A stretch of 64,000 nucleotides of DNA, from NCBI GenBank assembly GCA_038060895.1, contig JBBTCT010000020.1, forward strand, positions 1 through 64,000. The letters run 5' to 3'. The translations under genes and the position numbers were made by a program. Position 1 is the stretch's first letter; each line of letters begins with the position of its first letter. The notes under the pieces are model-generated. The model had not been told where the DNA came from and searched no databases. It saw only the letters and a program-made list of their open reading frames with translations. The stretch comes from Planctomycetota bacterium. Lineage in GTDB: Bacteria > Planctomycetota > MHYJ01 > WSZJ01. Below, in pieces: positions 1 through 8,666 of this stretch.

Positions 1-142
1 CGGCGGGTTGCGAGGCCCGATTGCGCGTTGGCGATCGATTTCTTCGCGCGCTCTCTGTGGGAACGGACGCACGCCGAGGGCCGGCGCAAGGACGGGCCTG
101 AACGTCGAACGCGCTGGCAGACCTCTGGTGCATACTCGCAGC

Positions 143-1879
143 ATGCGCGCCGAGACGGCTTACCTTTTTCGTCACGCGTTGCTGCGTGATGCGGCGTACC
201 AGCTCCAGCTCCCCCGCGACCGCGCCCGGCTGCACGCGCTGGCCTTTGCGGCGATCGAAGGACTCTGCGGCGGACGCGCCCCCGACGCGGCGCCGAAGCC
301 GTCCCTCGACGACCGGCGCACGCCCCACGCGACCGACCCGTTCGCCGCCGAGCTGGCAGGCCACGCCCGCGCGGCCGGGCTCGCCCCGCTGGCGCTCTAC
401 CTGAGACGCGCCGCCGAGCTGCTCGGCGCCGGGTTCCGATACGAAGACTCCCGCGCTTTCTGGGAACAGCACGCGTCGCTTCTCGAGGGAAGCGCCCGCG
501 GCAATGCGCTGCGAAGAGCCGGAAGAATGGCCCAGCTCGCGGGCAAGCCGGCCGAAGCGGAGTCGCTCTTTTCCGAGGCGCTGGCGGTGCAGCGAAGCGC
601 GGGCGACGGCCGGCTCGAGGGACTCGTCCACGGTCACCTCGCCAGCGTCTACCTCGACACCGAGCGGCCTACCGAGGCCGAGGCCGCGCTGAAGGAGAGC
701 CTGAAGCGCAGCCGGGAGTGCGGGGACACCGCGCTGGAGGCCGCCGCGCTCATCCAGCACGGCATGCTGGCGCGCACGAGAAGCGATTCGGCCCTCGAGG
801 AGGCGTCGTACCGGCAAGCACTCGAACGCCTTCGCGGGACGGGGGAGACGCGGCTTGAGGGTGTGGCGCTGGGAAACCTGGCCGTCGTCTGCTCGGAAAA
901 GGGCGCCGTGGAGGAATCCGAGAGCGCCTTCGAGGCCGCCCTCGCGCTTCACCGCCGCGCGGAAAACCCGGGTTCGATGGGAATGATCCTGAGTGGCCTC
1001 GCCAAGCTGCGGCACGAGACCGGCCGCACGGAAGAGGCCCTCGAGCTGAACCGCCGTGCGCTGGAGGCGTTCCGCCAGACCGGCAACCGCGCCATGGAAG
1101 GCACCGCGCTGGGAACCATCGGTTTTATCGCCACCGAGGCCGGCCGCACCGGCGAGGCGCGCCGCGCCTTCGAGGACGCGCTTTCCATCCTGCGCGAGGC
1201 CGGCAACCGCCGCGCCGAAGGCATCGCCCTCACGAACTTCGCCGTGCTCGAGATGGAGCTGGGCCGGAACGCCGAGGCCGAGGCGCTCCTCCGGCAGGCT
1301 CTCGCGATTCACCGGCAGACCGGCGATCGCCGCTCCGAGGCCGTGGCCCTCACCAACCTGGGCAACGTCTACCGCGTGACCGGCAGACATGCAGAAGCGG
1401 AGTCGACCTACAACGAGGCGCTCGGGTTCCTCCGCTCCGTCCGCCACCGGCGCTTCGAAGGCGTGATCCTCGGCAACCTCGGCCTCCTCCGCGAAAAAAC
1501 CGGCCGCGCCGAGGACGCCGCCCGCTTCCTCGCCAAGGCCCTGGCCATCCACCGCGAAGTCCATAACCTCAGGTACCAGGGACTCACGCTGGCCGACCTC
1601 GGGCGGCTGCGCCTCAAGGCAGGCCTGTTCGAGGAAGCGCTCCAGCTCATGGCCGAAGGGCTTCTCCTGCTTCAGTCCTGCCGGGACCCGCGGCGCGAGG
1701 GGGAAACGCACTGCCGGATCGCGCTGGCGCACGTCGGCCTCGGGCGGCGCGAGGAGGCCTGCGAAGCGTGGCGGCAGGGAGAGCGTCTGATGGAAAAAGC
1801 GGGAGGCGACGCGCTGGCGGACCTCCGGAAAGCGATGCAGGAAGCCTGCGCGAAAGCCGGGGCGCCGCCGCTGCCGTAA
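143..1879 (+). CDS. Tetratricopeptide-repeat protein resembling the C-terminal half of cyclase-AAA(STAND)-TPR proteins
   Basis: ATG at 143 gives MRAETAYLFRHALLRDAAYQ, the FRHxLxxxAAY motif that ends AAA/STAND modules. It is followed by about 10 TPR_12-like repeats (GNRRAEGIALTNLG..., ALAIHRE). The track's start at 8 looks over-extended. Confidence 0.85.
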   Translation: MRAETAYLFRHALLRDAAYQLQLPRDRARLHALAFAAIEGLCGGRAPDAAPKPSLDDRRTPHATDPFAAELAGHARAAGLAPLALYLRRAAELLGAGFRYEDSRAFWEQHASLLEGSARGNALRRAGRMAQLAGKPAEAESLFSEALAVQRSAGDGRLEGLVHGHLASVYLDTERPTEAEAALKESLKRSRECGDTALEAAALIQHGMLARTRSDSALEEASYRQALERLRGTGETRLEGVALGNLAVVCSEKGAVEESESAFEAALALHRRAENPGSMGMILSGLAKLRHETGRTEEALELNRRALEAFRQTGNRAMEGTALGTIGFIATEAGRTGEARRAFEDALSILREAGNRRAEGIALTNFAVLEMELGRNAEAEALLRQALAIHRQTGDRRSEAVALTNLGNVYRVTGRHAEAESTYNEALGFLRSVRHRRFEGVILGNLGLLREKTGRAEDAARFLAKALAIHREVHNLRYQGLTLADLGRLRLKAGLFEEALQLMAEGLLLLQSCRDPRREGETHCRIALAHVGLGRREEACEAWRQGERLMEKAGGDALADLRKAMQEACAKAGAPPLP

Positions 1880-2014
1880 CGTGCTCCGCGGCGCCGCCCA
1901 CGCCGAGCGGCGCTTCCAGCACGCCGCGCAGTGGGCAGCGCATCAGGTCTTCCGGTTGCTGGAAGATCAGCTTCGGCCACCACAGCCCCCGCGGCCGCGA
2001 GCCGGCGCACGCGC

Positions 2015-2043
2015 TTGACTCAAGCAGGCGCCCGCCGTATATA
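2015..2043 (+). promoter_or_regulatory. Sigma70-type promoter for the methyltransferase-TetR operon
   Basis: TTGACT (2015-2020), 17 bp spacer, TATATA (2038-2043). Confidence 0.7.
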
Positions 2044-2061
2044 TAAGTGAGCGCTCGCTTA
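2044..2061. promoter_or_regulatory. Palindromic operator, probably bound by the TetR protein
   Basis: TAAGTGAGC|GCTCGCTTA, an 18-bp palindrome with 1 mismatch, immediately after the -10 box. Confidence 0.7.
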
Positions 2062-2090
2062 CATTTCCCTCTTCAACCGGAGCTCCGCCG

Positions 2091-2966
2091 ATGTGCTCAC
2101 ACCACGCCCGTCACGCCCACCGCCTCCACGCGCTTCTCCTGATCCTCGCCCTCACAGGCGTTGCCGCCCTCGCGCTCCTGGCGCACGGCGTCTCCTGGTG
2201 GTACGCGCCTCTCGGCGCGGGCGCCGTCGTCGCCGTCCACCTCGCTCTCTTCGCCGGGCTTGCCGCGGCGGCACGCGGCGTGACCCGCGCCGGGCACGGG
2301 CCGGCGGGGCACGGACACGACGGGAGCCTCGTCCTCCATGGCGCGCGCGGGTACGACTGGTTCGTGCGGGCGTTCACGATGGGGCGTGAAGGGAAGCTCC
2401 GGCGGTGGGCGCTGGACCAGGGCGCGCTGAAGCCGGGAAGCTCCGTGCTCGACGTCGGCTCCGGGACGGGGACGCTTCTCATCGCGGCGGCCGGGCGCGT
2501 CGGTCCCTCAGGCAACCTCCAGGGCGTCGAGCTTTCACCGGAGATGTGCGCCCGGGCGCGGGACAAGGCGAAGCGCCGCGGCGTCGCGCTCACGATCACG
2601 GAGACCCCGGCGGAGAAGCTGCCCTTCCCGCCCGCGACTTTCGACGCGGCGTTCTGCACGCTCGTCCTCCACCACATGCCGGTCGCCACCCAGGAAGCGG
2701 CGATTCGCGAGATGCGCCGTGTCCTGAAGCCTGGCGGGCGGATCGTGCTCGTGGACTGGCGGACACCGAAGTCGTTCTTCCGGACGCTCTTCGACGGCAT
2801 GGGCCTCGTTTACCTGATGCACCGCCACGGACCTTCGCCGCTCGAAACCGGCCGGATCGAGCCGCTTCTCGCGGAACTCGGGCTGGAGGACCTCTCGCAT
2901 CCCGCTTACGGCGGCGGCGCCATCGGCGCGATCGTTGCCCGCGCGGGGGTGTCGCGGACAGAATGA
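2091..2966 (+). CDS. Class I SAM-dependent methyltransferase (UbiE-like) with N-terminal membrane hairpin
   Basis: VLDVGSGTG motif I, LPFPPATFD, EMRRVLKPGGRIVLVD; two hydrophobic helices and His-rich flanks at the N-terminus. Confidence 0.85.
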   Translation: MCSHHARHAHRLHALLLILALTGVAALALLAHGVSWWYAPLGAGAVVAVHLALFAGLAAAARGVTRAGHGPAGHGHDGSLVLHGARGYDWFVRAFTMGREGKLRRWALDQGALKPGSSVLDVGSGTGTLLIAAAGRVGPSGNLQGVELSPEMCARARDKAKRRGVALTITETPAEKLPFPPATFDAAFCTLVLHHMPVATQEAAIREMRRVLKPGGRIVLVDWRTPKSFFRTLFDGMGLVYLMHRHGPSPLETGRIEPLLAELGLEDLSHPAYGGGAIGAIVARAGVSRTE

Positions 2967-2975
2967 GGCCCGCCC

Positions 2976-3572
2976 ATGGGCCGCAAGAAGAACATCGAAG
3001 ACCACGAACTGCTCGAAGCCGCCCGCGCGGTGTTCGTGAAGAGGGGGTTCGCCGGGACGACGCGGGAGATCGCCCGGCGCGCCGGGATCTCGGAAGCGGT
3101 GATCTACCAGCGCCACTCGACCAAGGCGCACCTTTTCTTCGCCGCTATGACGCCGCCGGAGCCGGACTTCGCGAAGCTGCTCGAGCCGCCGGCCGATCCG
3201 CGGCGCGCCCGGGAGCACTTCGGGGACCTGGCAGTCGGCATGGTGAACTACTTTCGAAAGCTCGTGCCTATCTTCCTGCCGCTCCTCACACATCCCTCCT
3301 TCGACTTCGCGAAGTACTCGCGCCAGCGCGAGCACGGTCCCTTCGGCCGCATCCACGCCGGGTTCACGGAGTACCTCGAGAAGCAGCGGAAGCGCGGCCT
3401 CGTCGCCGCCCCGAACCTCCACGCCGCCGCGCTGACGCTCTTCGCGGCGCTTCACTTCCTGGCCATCATGGAAAAGCTCGGCGTCCACGGCGGCCGCTTT
3501 CCAGACGCCGGGGTCCGGGCTATCGCGAAGGCGATGTGGGAGGGGCTCGCGCCGCGGACGCGACAGGCTTGA
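2976..3572 (+). CDS. TetR/AcrR family regulator
   Basis: LLEAARAVFVKRGFAGTTREIARRAGISEAVIYQRHSTKAHLF HTH. Confidence 0.92.
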   Translation: MGRKKNIEDHELLEAARAVFVKRGFAGTTREIARRAGISEAVIYQRHSTKAHLFFAAMTPPEPDFAKLLEPPADPRRAREHFGDLAVGMVNYFRKLVPIFLPLLTHPSFDFAKYSRQREHGPFGRIHAGFTEYLEKQRKRGLVAAPNLHAAALTLFAALHFLAIMEKLGVHGGRFPDAGVRAIAKAMWEGLAPRTRQA

Positions 3573-3615
3573 CCCTCGACCTCTCGACCGCGTCCTTGTC
3601 CCGGAAGGCGTCGCG

Positions 3616-4392
3616 TCACCCCTTTAGAATTGCCTGCAGCTCCGGATCCACGTCCTCCTCACGCGCCGTGTACTCCCTCACGCGCTTGCGCAGCAGCCGC
3701 CGCAGGGACCCGCGGCAATATGCGAGGTAGTGGCGGACCTGCGTCTCGCTCACCGCAAACCGCCTCGCGACGAGTTCGTAGGTGACGCCGGGCATGTCGC
3801 CGTCCATGACGATCGTCTCGCGCGTGCCCTTGGTCAGGCCGCCGGGCTCGAGGCAGTACATGCGGAAGACGTCGAACCACACCGCCTTGCCTTCCTGGAT
3901 CAGCTCGACGCGCAGGTCGTCCACCGCGCTGTCCAGCACGCCCCGGAACCACTCGCGGTCGTAGGCTGCTTCGGGCTCCTCGTCGGTCGAGGCCGGCTCG
4001 AGGCGCTCGTAATCGCCCTCGCGGGCGTCGAGGCGGAAGACCGGTTTCGCAGGGCGACGGACGGACTCGTGGCGCTCCGCGTCGATCAGGAAGTGCGCGA
4101 GCGCGATCTTGAGGTAGCCGCGGAAGGAGCCGCGCTCGGGGTGCATGCGGGCGAGCGTGTCCTTCTCGAGAAGCTGCGTGAAGAACGCCTGCGTCAGGTC
4201 CTTGGCGTCCTCGTTCTTCTTGCGCCACGCGGCGCGGATGTAGGCGTAGACGGGCTTCCAGTAGGACCGGAACAGCCGGTCGAGGCACTCGCGATACTTC
4301 GGCGACTCGGGATTCGCCGCAGCGAGAATGTCCGACCACACCGTCGTTTCGAACGCGCGCGGGGTCCCGCCGATGTTGGTGTCAGGCGACAT
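3616..4392 (-). CDS. ECF RNA polymerase sigma factor (PVC-type)
   Basis: FETTVWSDILAA, YWKPVYAYIR, DAKDLTQAFF, RGSFRGYL, PEAAYDREW and a C-terminal HTH (TYELVARRFAVSETQVRHYL). Confidence 0.85.
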   Translation of the reverse strand: MSPDTNIGGTPRAFETTVWSDILAAANPESPKYRECLDRLFRSYWKPVYAYIRAAWRKKNEDAKDLTQAFFTQLLEKDTLARMHPERGSFRGYLKIALAHFLIDAERHESVRRPAKPVFRLDAREGDYERLEPASTDEEPEAAYDREWFRGVLDSAVDDLRVELIQEGKAVWFDVFRMYCLEPGGLTKGTRETIVMDGDMPGVTYELVARRFAVSETQVRHYLAYCRGSLRRLLRKRVREYTAREEDVDPELQAILKG

Positions 4393-4398
4393 CGACGG

Positions 4399-4809
4399 CT
4401 ACCCCTCCTTGGCCTGGAGCCCCTTCAGCCACATCGCGCCCAGCACCAGCATCGGCACGCACACCGCCGCAAGCGGCGCCCACGCTTCGAACACCGGCTT
4501 GCTCGAGAAGACCATCGTATGCCCGTTCGGGTGCACCGCCGTGAGGAGCCAGAACGCGCTGAACGCTCCGCCGCCGAGCATCGCAATTGCGCCCAGCTTG
4601 GGTGACTTCTTCGCCAGAACGCAAAGCGGGAGAATCGCCAGCGGGCCCGCGAGCAGGAAGATGGCGACCTTCATGAGCTGGTCGTTGGTGAGGCCATGAA
4701 GCGGCGAACCGCCGCCGCCGCCGGTGCCGACGGCGCACCAGCCGATGCCGCCGATGAACTCGGCGATCCCGATGATGAATCCGAGGCCGAGCATGGCCGA
4801 GCGCTTCAT
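4399..4809 (-). CDS. Small integral membrane protein (about 4 TM), upstream of the ECF gene
   Basis: ATG at 4809 with a GGAG RBS; four hydrophobic segments; stop lies 6 bp before the ECF start. Confidence 0.7.
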   Translation of the reverse strand: MKRSAMLGLGFIIGIAEFIGGIGWCAVGTGGGGGSPLHGLTNDQLMKVAIFLLAGPLAILPLCVLAKKSPKLGAIAMLGGGAFSAFWLLTAVHPNGHTMVFSSKPVFEAWAPLAAVCVPMLVLGAMWLKGLQAKEG

Positions 4810-4904
4810 GTGGCTCCCCCTGAGTGACTGCCCTGGGGTCATGCTAGCGCGGGGAGGGGGGGGAAACCAAGGAGGTTGGGGGTCTGGGGAGGGGAGACGA
4901 GCCG

Positions 4905-5039
4905 TATCCGCGGCTGTTTCCGCGGCATCCTTCCTTTATCCGCGAGTTCCTTTCATCGCTGCCCGCCGGCTGCGTTGCACCACAGAATGACCAGGGAATT
5001 CGCGGATGCGACCGGATGCCGCGGAAACGGCCGCGGATA
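4905..5039. repeat. Long imperfect inverted repeat (MITE-like hairpin)
   Basis: Arms 4905-4930 and 5014-5039 are 25/26 complementary; inner arms 4938-4950 and 4995-5007 are 12/13. Confidence 0.75.
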
Positions 5040-5086
5040 AAGCGACTGCATACGCCCCGCTGGCGTCGCGAGGCGGGAGAATCAAT

Positions 5087-5162
5087 GAAAATGAGCACAA
5101 ATTCGACAATACTTCATTTTCTTTATTTACATATTGATTTTCTAAATCTTATGCCGTATATT
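5087..5162 (+). promoter_or_regulatory. AT-rich promoter and inverted-repeat operator upstream of the DUF2089 operon
   Basis: TTGATT (5134-5139), 17 bp, TATATT (5157-5162); GAAAATGA (5087-5094) and TCATTTTC (5114-5121) form an inverted repeat. Confidence 0.6.
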
Positions 5163-5184
5163 CATGGCCGTTCCCGAGGCACCC

Positions 5185-5538
5185 ATGGATATCTCAAGAG
5201 CCCGCTGCGCCAGCTGCTCCCAGCCCATGATCCTTTCAAAAATGGTCTGCGAGCCCTGCAACCTCTCCCTCGAGGGCCACTTCGAGATCCCCCCCCTCGC
5301 ATCCCTCCCCCCCGAAGATCAACTCTTCGTCTCCGCCTTCGTCCGCCATCACGGCTCCCTCAAGAAGATGGAAGAGCTCTTCGACATCTCCTACCCCACC
5401 GTCAAGAACCGCCTGAACGCGATCGCCGCCGCCCTCGACAAGTCGTTTCGCGCTCCCTTGCCCCACGCCGCCATTCTCGAGCAGCTCGCCCGGGGGGAAA
5501 TCACCGTCGAGGATGCCCTGGAGCGGATCGGCGAATGA
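5185..5538 (+). CDS. DUF2089 family Zn-ribbon/HTH protein
   Basis: CASC...CEPC, EGHFEIPPLASL, GSLKKMEELFDISYPTVKNRL, and a SHOCT-like tail (ILEQLARGEITVEDAL). Confidence 0.85.
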   Translation: MDISRARCASCSQPMILSKMVCEPCNLSLEGHFEIPPLASLPPEDQLFVSAFVRHHGSLKKMEELFDISYPTVKNRLNAIAAALDKSFRAPLPHAAILEQLARGEITVEDALERIGE

Positions 5539-5585
5539 CGCCCCATGACCTCTTTATCGTCCTCGACCAGGAAAAGGAGTCGTCC

Positions 5586-5975
5586 ATGTCCACCGAACGC
5601 CGCCAGGTTCTCGATATGCTCGCACAGGGCAAGATCACGCCGGAAGACGCCGACCGCCTGCTTGAGAAACTCGCGGCGCCGAAGTCCGCCGAGAGTCAGC
5701 CCGCCGCCGGCGCCGCGCCGAAATACCTCCGCGTCACGGTCGATTCTTCCGACGGTGACAAGGTCAACGTCCGCGTCCCGCTCGCGCTCGTCCGCACCGG
5801 GATCAAACTGTCGGCAATGATGCCGAAGGCGGCCGGGGAGAAGCTCCAGGAGAGCGGGATCGACCTGTCGCACCTGAGCTCGCTGAAGGGCGAGGAGCTG
5901 ATCGACGCGCTGCGCGAGCTGACGGTGGACGTCAACTCGGCGGGCGGCGACAAGGTCAAGGTGTTCTGCGAGTAG
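5586..5975 (+). CDS. SHOCT-like domain protein, the usual DUF2089 partner
   Basis: AGGAG RBS; MSTERRQVLDMLAQGKITPEDADRLL, VNVRVPLALV, GDKVKVFCE. Confidence 0.8.
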   Translation: MSTERRQVLDMLAQGKITPEDADRLLEKLAAPKSAESQPAAGAAPKYLRVTVDSSDGDKVNVRVPLALVRTGIKLSAMMPKAAGEKLQESGIDLSHLSSLKGEELIDALRELTVDVNSAGGDKVKVFCE

Positions 5976-5983
5976 GACGCGGC

Positions 5984-6253
5984 CTACTCCACTTCGAAGA
6001 CCTCGCTCACCTCGACGGTCACGCCCGGCATTCCGGACGGCCGGATGACATCTCCGGGCCTGAAAACCCCCTTCTCGACCCACGCTTTGCCGCCATTTTC
6101 CAGCACGCGGATCGTCCGGGCATCGGGGTCGCCGATCCAGTAGATGAGCTCGGTGAGGCGGTCGTCCCCGAGGGCGAAGTAGTCGTCGACGGTCTTTGGG
6201 GGGTGGCGTGGGGCATGAAGGGAAGGATAGGTCGCTGTCGCATGGAGGTTCAA
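5984..6253 (-). pseudogene. Uma2 (DUF820) endonuclease remnant with internal deletion
   Basis: N-terminal TVDDYFALGDDRLTELI is joined directly to C-terminal YWIGDPDARTIRV...PGVTVEVSEVF; the PD-(D/E)xK core is absent. Confidence 0.75.
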
Positions 6254-6369
6254 CCCGAAAGGATGGTATGGTGCGAATGTAGTTTGTCCACGACTTCAAC
6301 ATGTCTACATGATACGATGGGATTACAGCGGCGTCAAGTGCCTTTGTTGGAATACTTCTCTTGCAGCAC

Positions 6370-7401
6370 CTACCGCCCTTCGAGGACCGCCGCTTCGACC
6401 TCGACCGGCGCCGCCCACACCTTCGTCCCGTCCGCGCCCACCCACCAGGCCTGGAGCAGGACCGCCACCGCGCCGGAGTCCGCCGACGCGTGGTTGATGT
6501 CAATGGTCCCGCTCGCGGCGCCTTTGCCCTCGTCGAGCGAAAGCGCCGCATCGCGCATCACCGCGGCGACCGGTTTCCACCTGCCCTCCGCTCCCGCGGC
6601 GGGCGCTTCCTTGAGCGCGTCCTTGCGAACCCAGGCGACGCCCCAGGACTGGAGCTTTCCCAGCGGGTCGAAAACGCCTGCGGTGACTTCGAGCCTCGGC
6701 TTGGGGCCGGCGGAGGGCACAGGTTTCGCCTCCACCTTGAGGATGCGCCCGCGCACGATCGACCGCAGGCCCTCAGGCGGCACGAGAAACACCATTTCCG
6801 TTCCCTGGATGCGCGACGTTGCAATTCCGACGAGCCGCCCGCGGCCGTCAATGACGGGGCCGCCGGAATTGCCGGGGTTCACGTCGCCGGAAAGCTGCAC
6901 GACGACACACTCCCCCGTTTCGTCGCGCCGCACTGCGGAAACCGAAACCTTCGTGACCGACGGAGCGGGGTTGTCCCCGGCCGTCGCGAGCGACGGCCCG
7001 AACGGAAACCCTGCTACGTAGACGCTCTCCGTCTCCTTCGCCTCGGTCTTCAGCGACAACTCGACCGGCGTTGGAATCTCGTCCGCCGTGAATCGCAGGC
7101 ACGCGACGTCGCGCTCCTTGTCGACGAACACGATGCGCGCTTCGACCTTCAACTCGCCGTCCCGCCCGCTTTTCAGGATCACCGTCGCCGTCTCCGTGTC
7201 CCGCACTACGTGCTCGCAGGTCAAAACCCAGCCGGTTTTGCCGTCCTTGCGGAAGAGGTAGCCGCTTCCCGTCTCAAGCCCGCGGAAACCAACGTGCTTC
7301 ACGTAGACCGTCGCATCCTTCAGCTTCACGAGCTGTGCGCCGGAAAGTTCCTCGGCGGCGGCGGGGAAAGCGAGCAGGGCGAAAAGGAGCGTGGCGCGCA
7401 T
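6370..7401 (-). CDS. Secreted trypsin-like (S1C) serine protease
   Basis: Signal peptide; catalytic triad motifs LTCEHVV, RDVACL, PGNSGGP. Confidence 0.9.
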   Translation of the reverse strand: MRATLLFALLAFPAAAEELSGAQLVKLKDATVYVKHVGFRGLETGSGYLFRKDGKTGWVLTCEHVVRDTETATVILKSGRDGELKVEARIVFVDKERDVACLRFTADEIPTPVELSLKTEAKETESVYVAGFPFGPSLATAGDNPAPSVTKVSVSAVRRDETGECVVVQLSGDVNPGNSGGPVIDGRGRLVGIATSRIQGTEMVFLVPPEGLRSIVRGRILKVEAKPVPSAGPKPRLEVTAGVFDPLGKLQSWGVAWVRKDALKEAPAAGAEGRWKPVAAVMRDAALSLDEGKGAASGTIDINHASADSGAVAVLLQAWWVGADGTKVWAAPVEVEAAVLEGR

Positions 7402-7477
7402 GGGCACAAGAGTCTAACGCAGTGGAAGCGCCGAAGGTCGGCGCAAAGACCGTCTGTTTCCCGAACGGAGAAACGCC

Positions 7478-7711
7478 GTGCTCGCCGGAGAGTCCGCGTA
7501 CACCTCCGACGACGACGTCTCGGCGCTCGCGGTGATGGTCGCGAGCCCCGACCCCGCGAAGCTCCGGGAGCTCCGGGGCCGCCTGGAGACGGGCAAGGCG
7601 ATGTTCGCGCCTCTGGACGCGCGTCGCGTCGGGGCTGCGGCACACAAGCGGGCGGCGCGCGAGCTGGACGAGCTGGAGAGCGCATTGACGAACCTGCTTG
7701 GGGCGAAATAG
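7478..7711 (+). CDS. Small helical hypothetical protein or gene remnant
   Basis: Gene-like codon use and amphipathic helices, but a weak start. Confidence 0.4.
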   Translation: MLAGESAYTSDDDVSALAVMVASPDPAKLRELRGRLETGKAMFAPLDARRVGAAAHKRAARELDELESALTNLLGAK

Positions 7712-7736
7712 AGGACCCCGGGACTAGAATCGCGCT

Positions 7737-8648
7737 GTGAACCACGATATCGCAGTCGCGTGGAACTGGGAGCACGACGAGGCCTTCGTCGCCGACCTCG
7801 AGCGCGCATGCCGGGGCCTGGGGCTGACGTTCGGGAGCGTCACGCCTGCGGGTGTCGAAGCGGCACTCGCCGCGGCGCAGGCGGGCGACCTCCGTTGGGG
7901 CGTGTTCCTCGACCGCGCATGGGAAAGCGACCCGCGCTTCCGTCGCCTGAATGACCTCGTCGCGACCACCGGGACCCGCATTCTCAACCCGGTGAAGCGG
8001 TCGCTGGGGATGGGAGACAAGGCCGCGGTGCACGGGCTTCTGCAGGAAAGGGGACTGCAGGTTCCACGCCTCATGGACTTCATGCCGGAGCAGTACTCAG
8101 AAGCGACCCTGGCGCTGGCGACGCGCGACTGGGTTCGGCCGCTCTGGCTCAAGCCGGCGTGTGGAGGGGGCGGGGACGGCGTGCTTGCGCTGAAAGAGCT
8201 TCCGGCGCAGTTCCCTGGCGGGGTGGAGTGGCTGAGGGAGCGCTTCGTGCTTCAGGAGAACGCGGAGCCGATGATCCTCGAAGGACGGCCGGCCTGGTTC
8301 CGGGTGATCCATGTTTTCGGGAAGAACTATCCGTTCTGGTGGCACCCCGTCAGCCACGTCTTCGCGCCCGTGACGCCCCAGGAAACCGGGGACTACTGTC
8401 TGAGGTGCGTCGCCGAGGCCGTCGCCGGCGTCGCCGCCGTCGCGGGCCTCGAGATCTTCTCGTGCGAAATCTCGCTCACTTCCCCCGGCTGCCCGCTCGT
8501 CATCGACCCCGTCAACGACCCGGTCGATTTCAGGCGATGCTCGCAGGCGCCGGACGCGATTCCCGACACCGCCCTTGCGTCGATCATCGGTACACTCGCA
8601 GCGGGAATCGCAGCGGTGCTGGGGCGCCACGGTCCGGCGCTCACATGA
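7737..8648 (+). CDS. ATP-grasp fold protein of unknown substrate
   Basis: NP...GDKAAVH..L...GLQVP, WLKPACGGGGDGV, FVLQE, WFRV, VIDPVND. Confidence 0.7.
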   Translation: MNHDIAVAWNWEHDEAFVADLERACRGLGLTFGSVTPAGVEAALAAAQAGDLRWGVFLDRAWESDPRFRRLNDLVATTGTRILNPVKRSLGMGDKAAVHGLLQERGLQVPRLMDFMPEQYSEATLALATRDWVRPLWLKPACGGGGDGVLALKELPAQFPGGVEWLRERFVLQENAEPMILEGRPAWFRVIHVFGKNYPFWWHPVSHVFAPVTPQETGDYCLRCVAEAVAGVAAVAGLEIFSCEISLTSPGCPLVIDPVNDPVDFRRCSQAPDAIPDTALASIIGTLAAGIAAVLGRHGPALT

Positions 8649-8666
8649 ACCCCGCGCAAAGAAGGG

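Noticed and set aside
5016-5585. N-terminal extension of the 319-aa track ORF
   Set aside because: Overlaps DUF2089 in another frame and the promoter; the RBS-supported start is 5586.
7478-8648. Graspetide RiPP cluster (small ORF + ATP-grasp)
   Set aside because: The small ORF lacks a recognisable leader or repeated T/S/K-D/E core motifs, and no transporter or dedicated peptidase is co-oriented.
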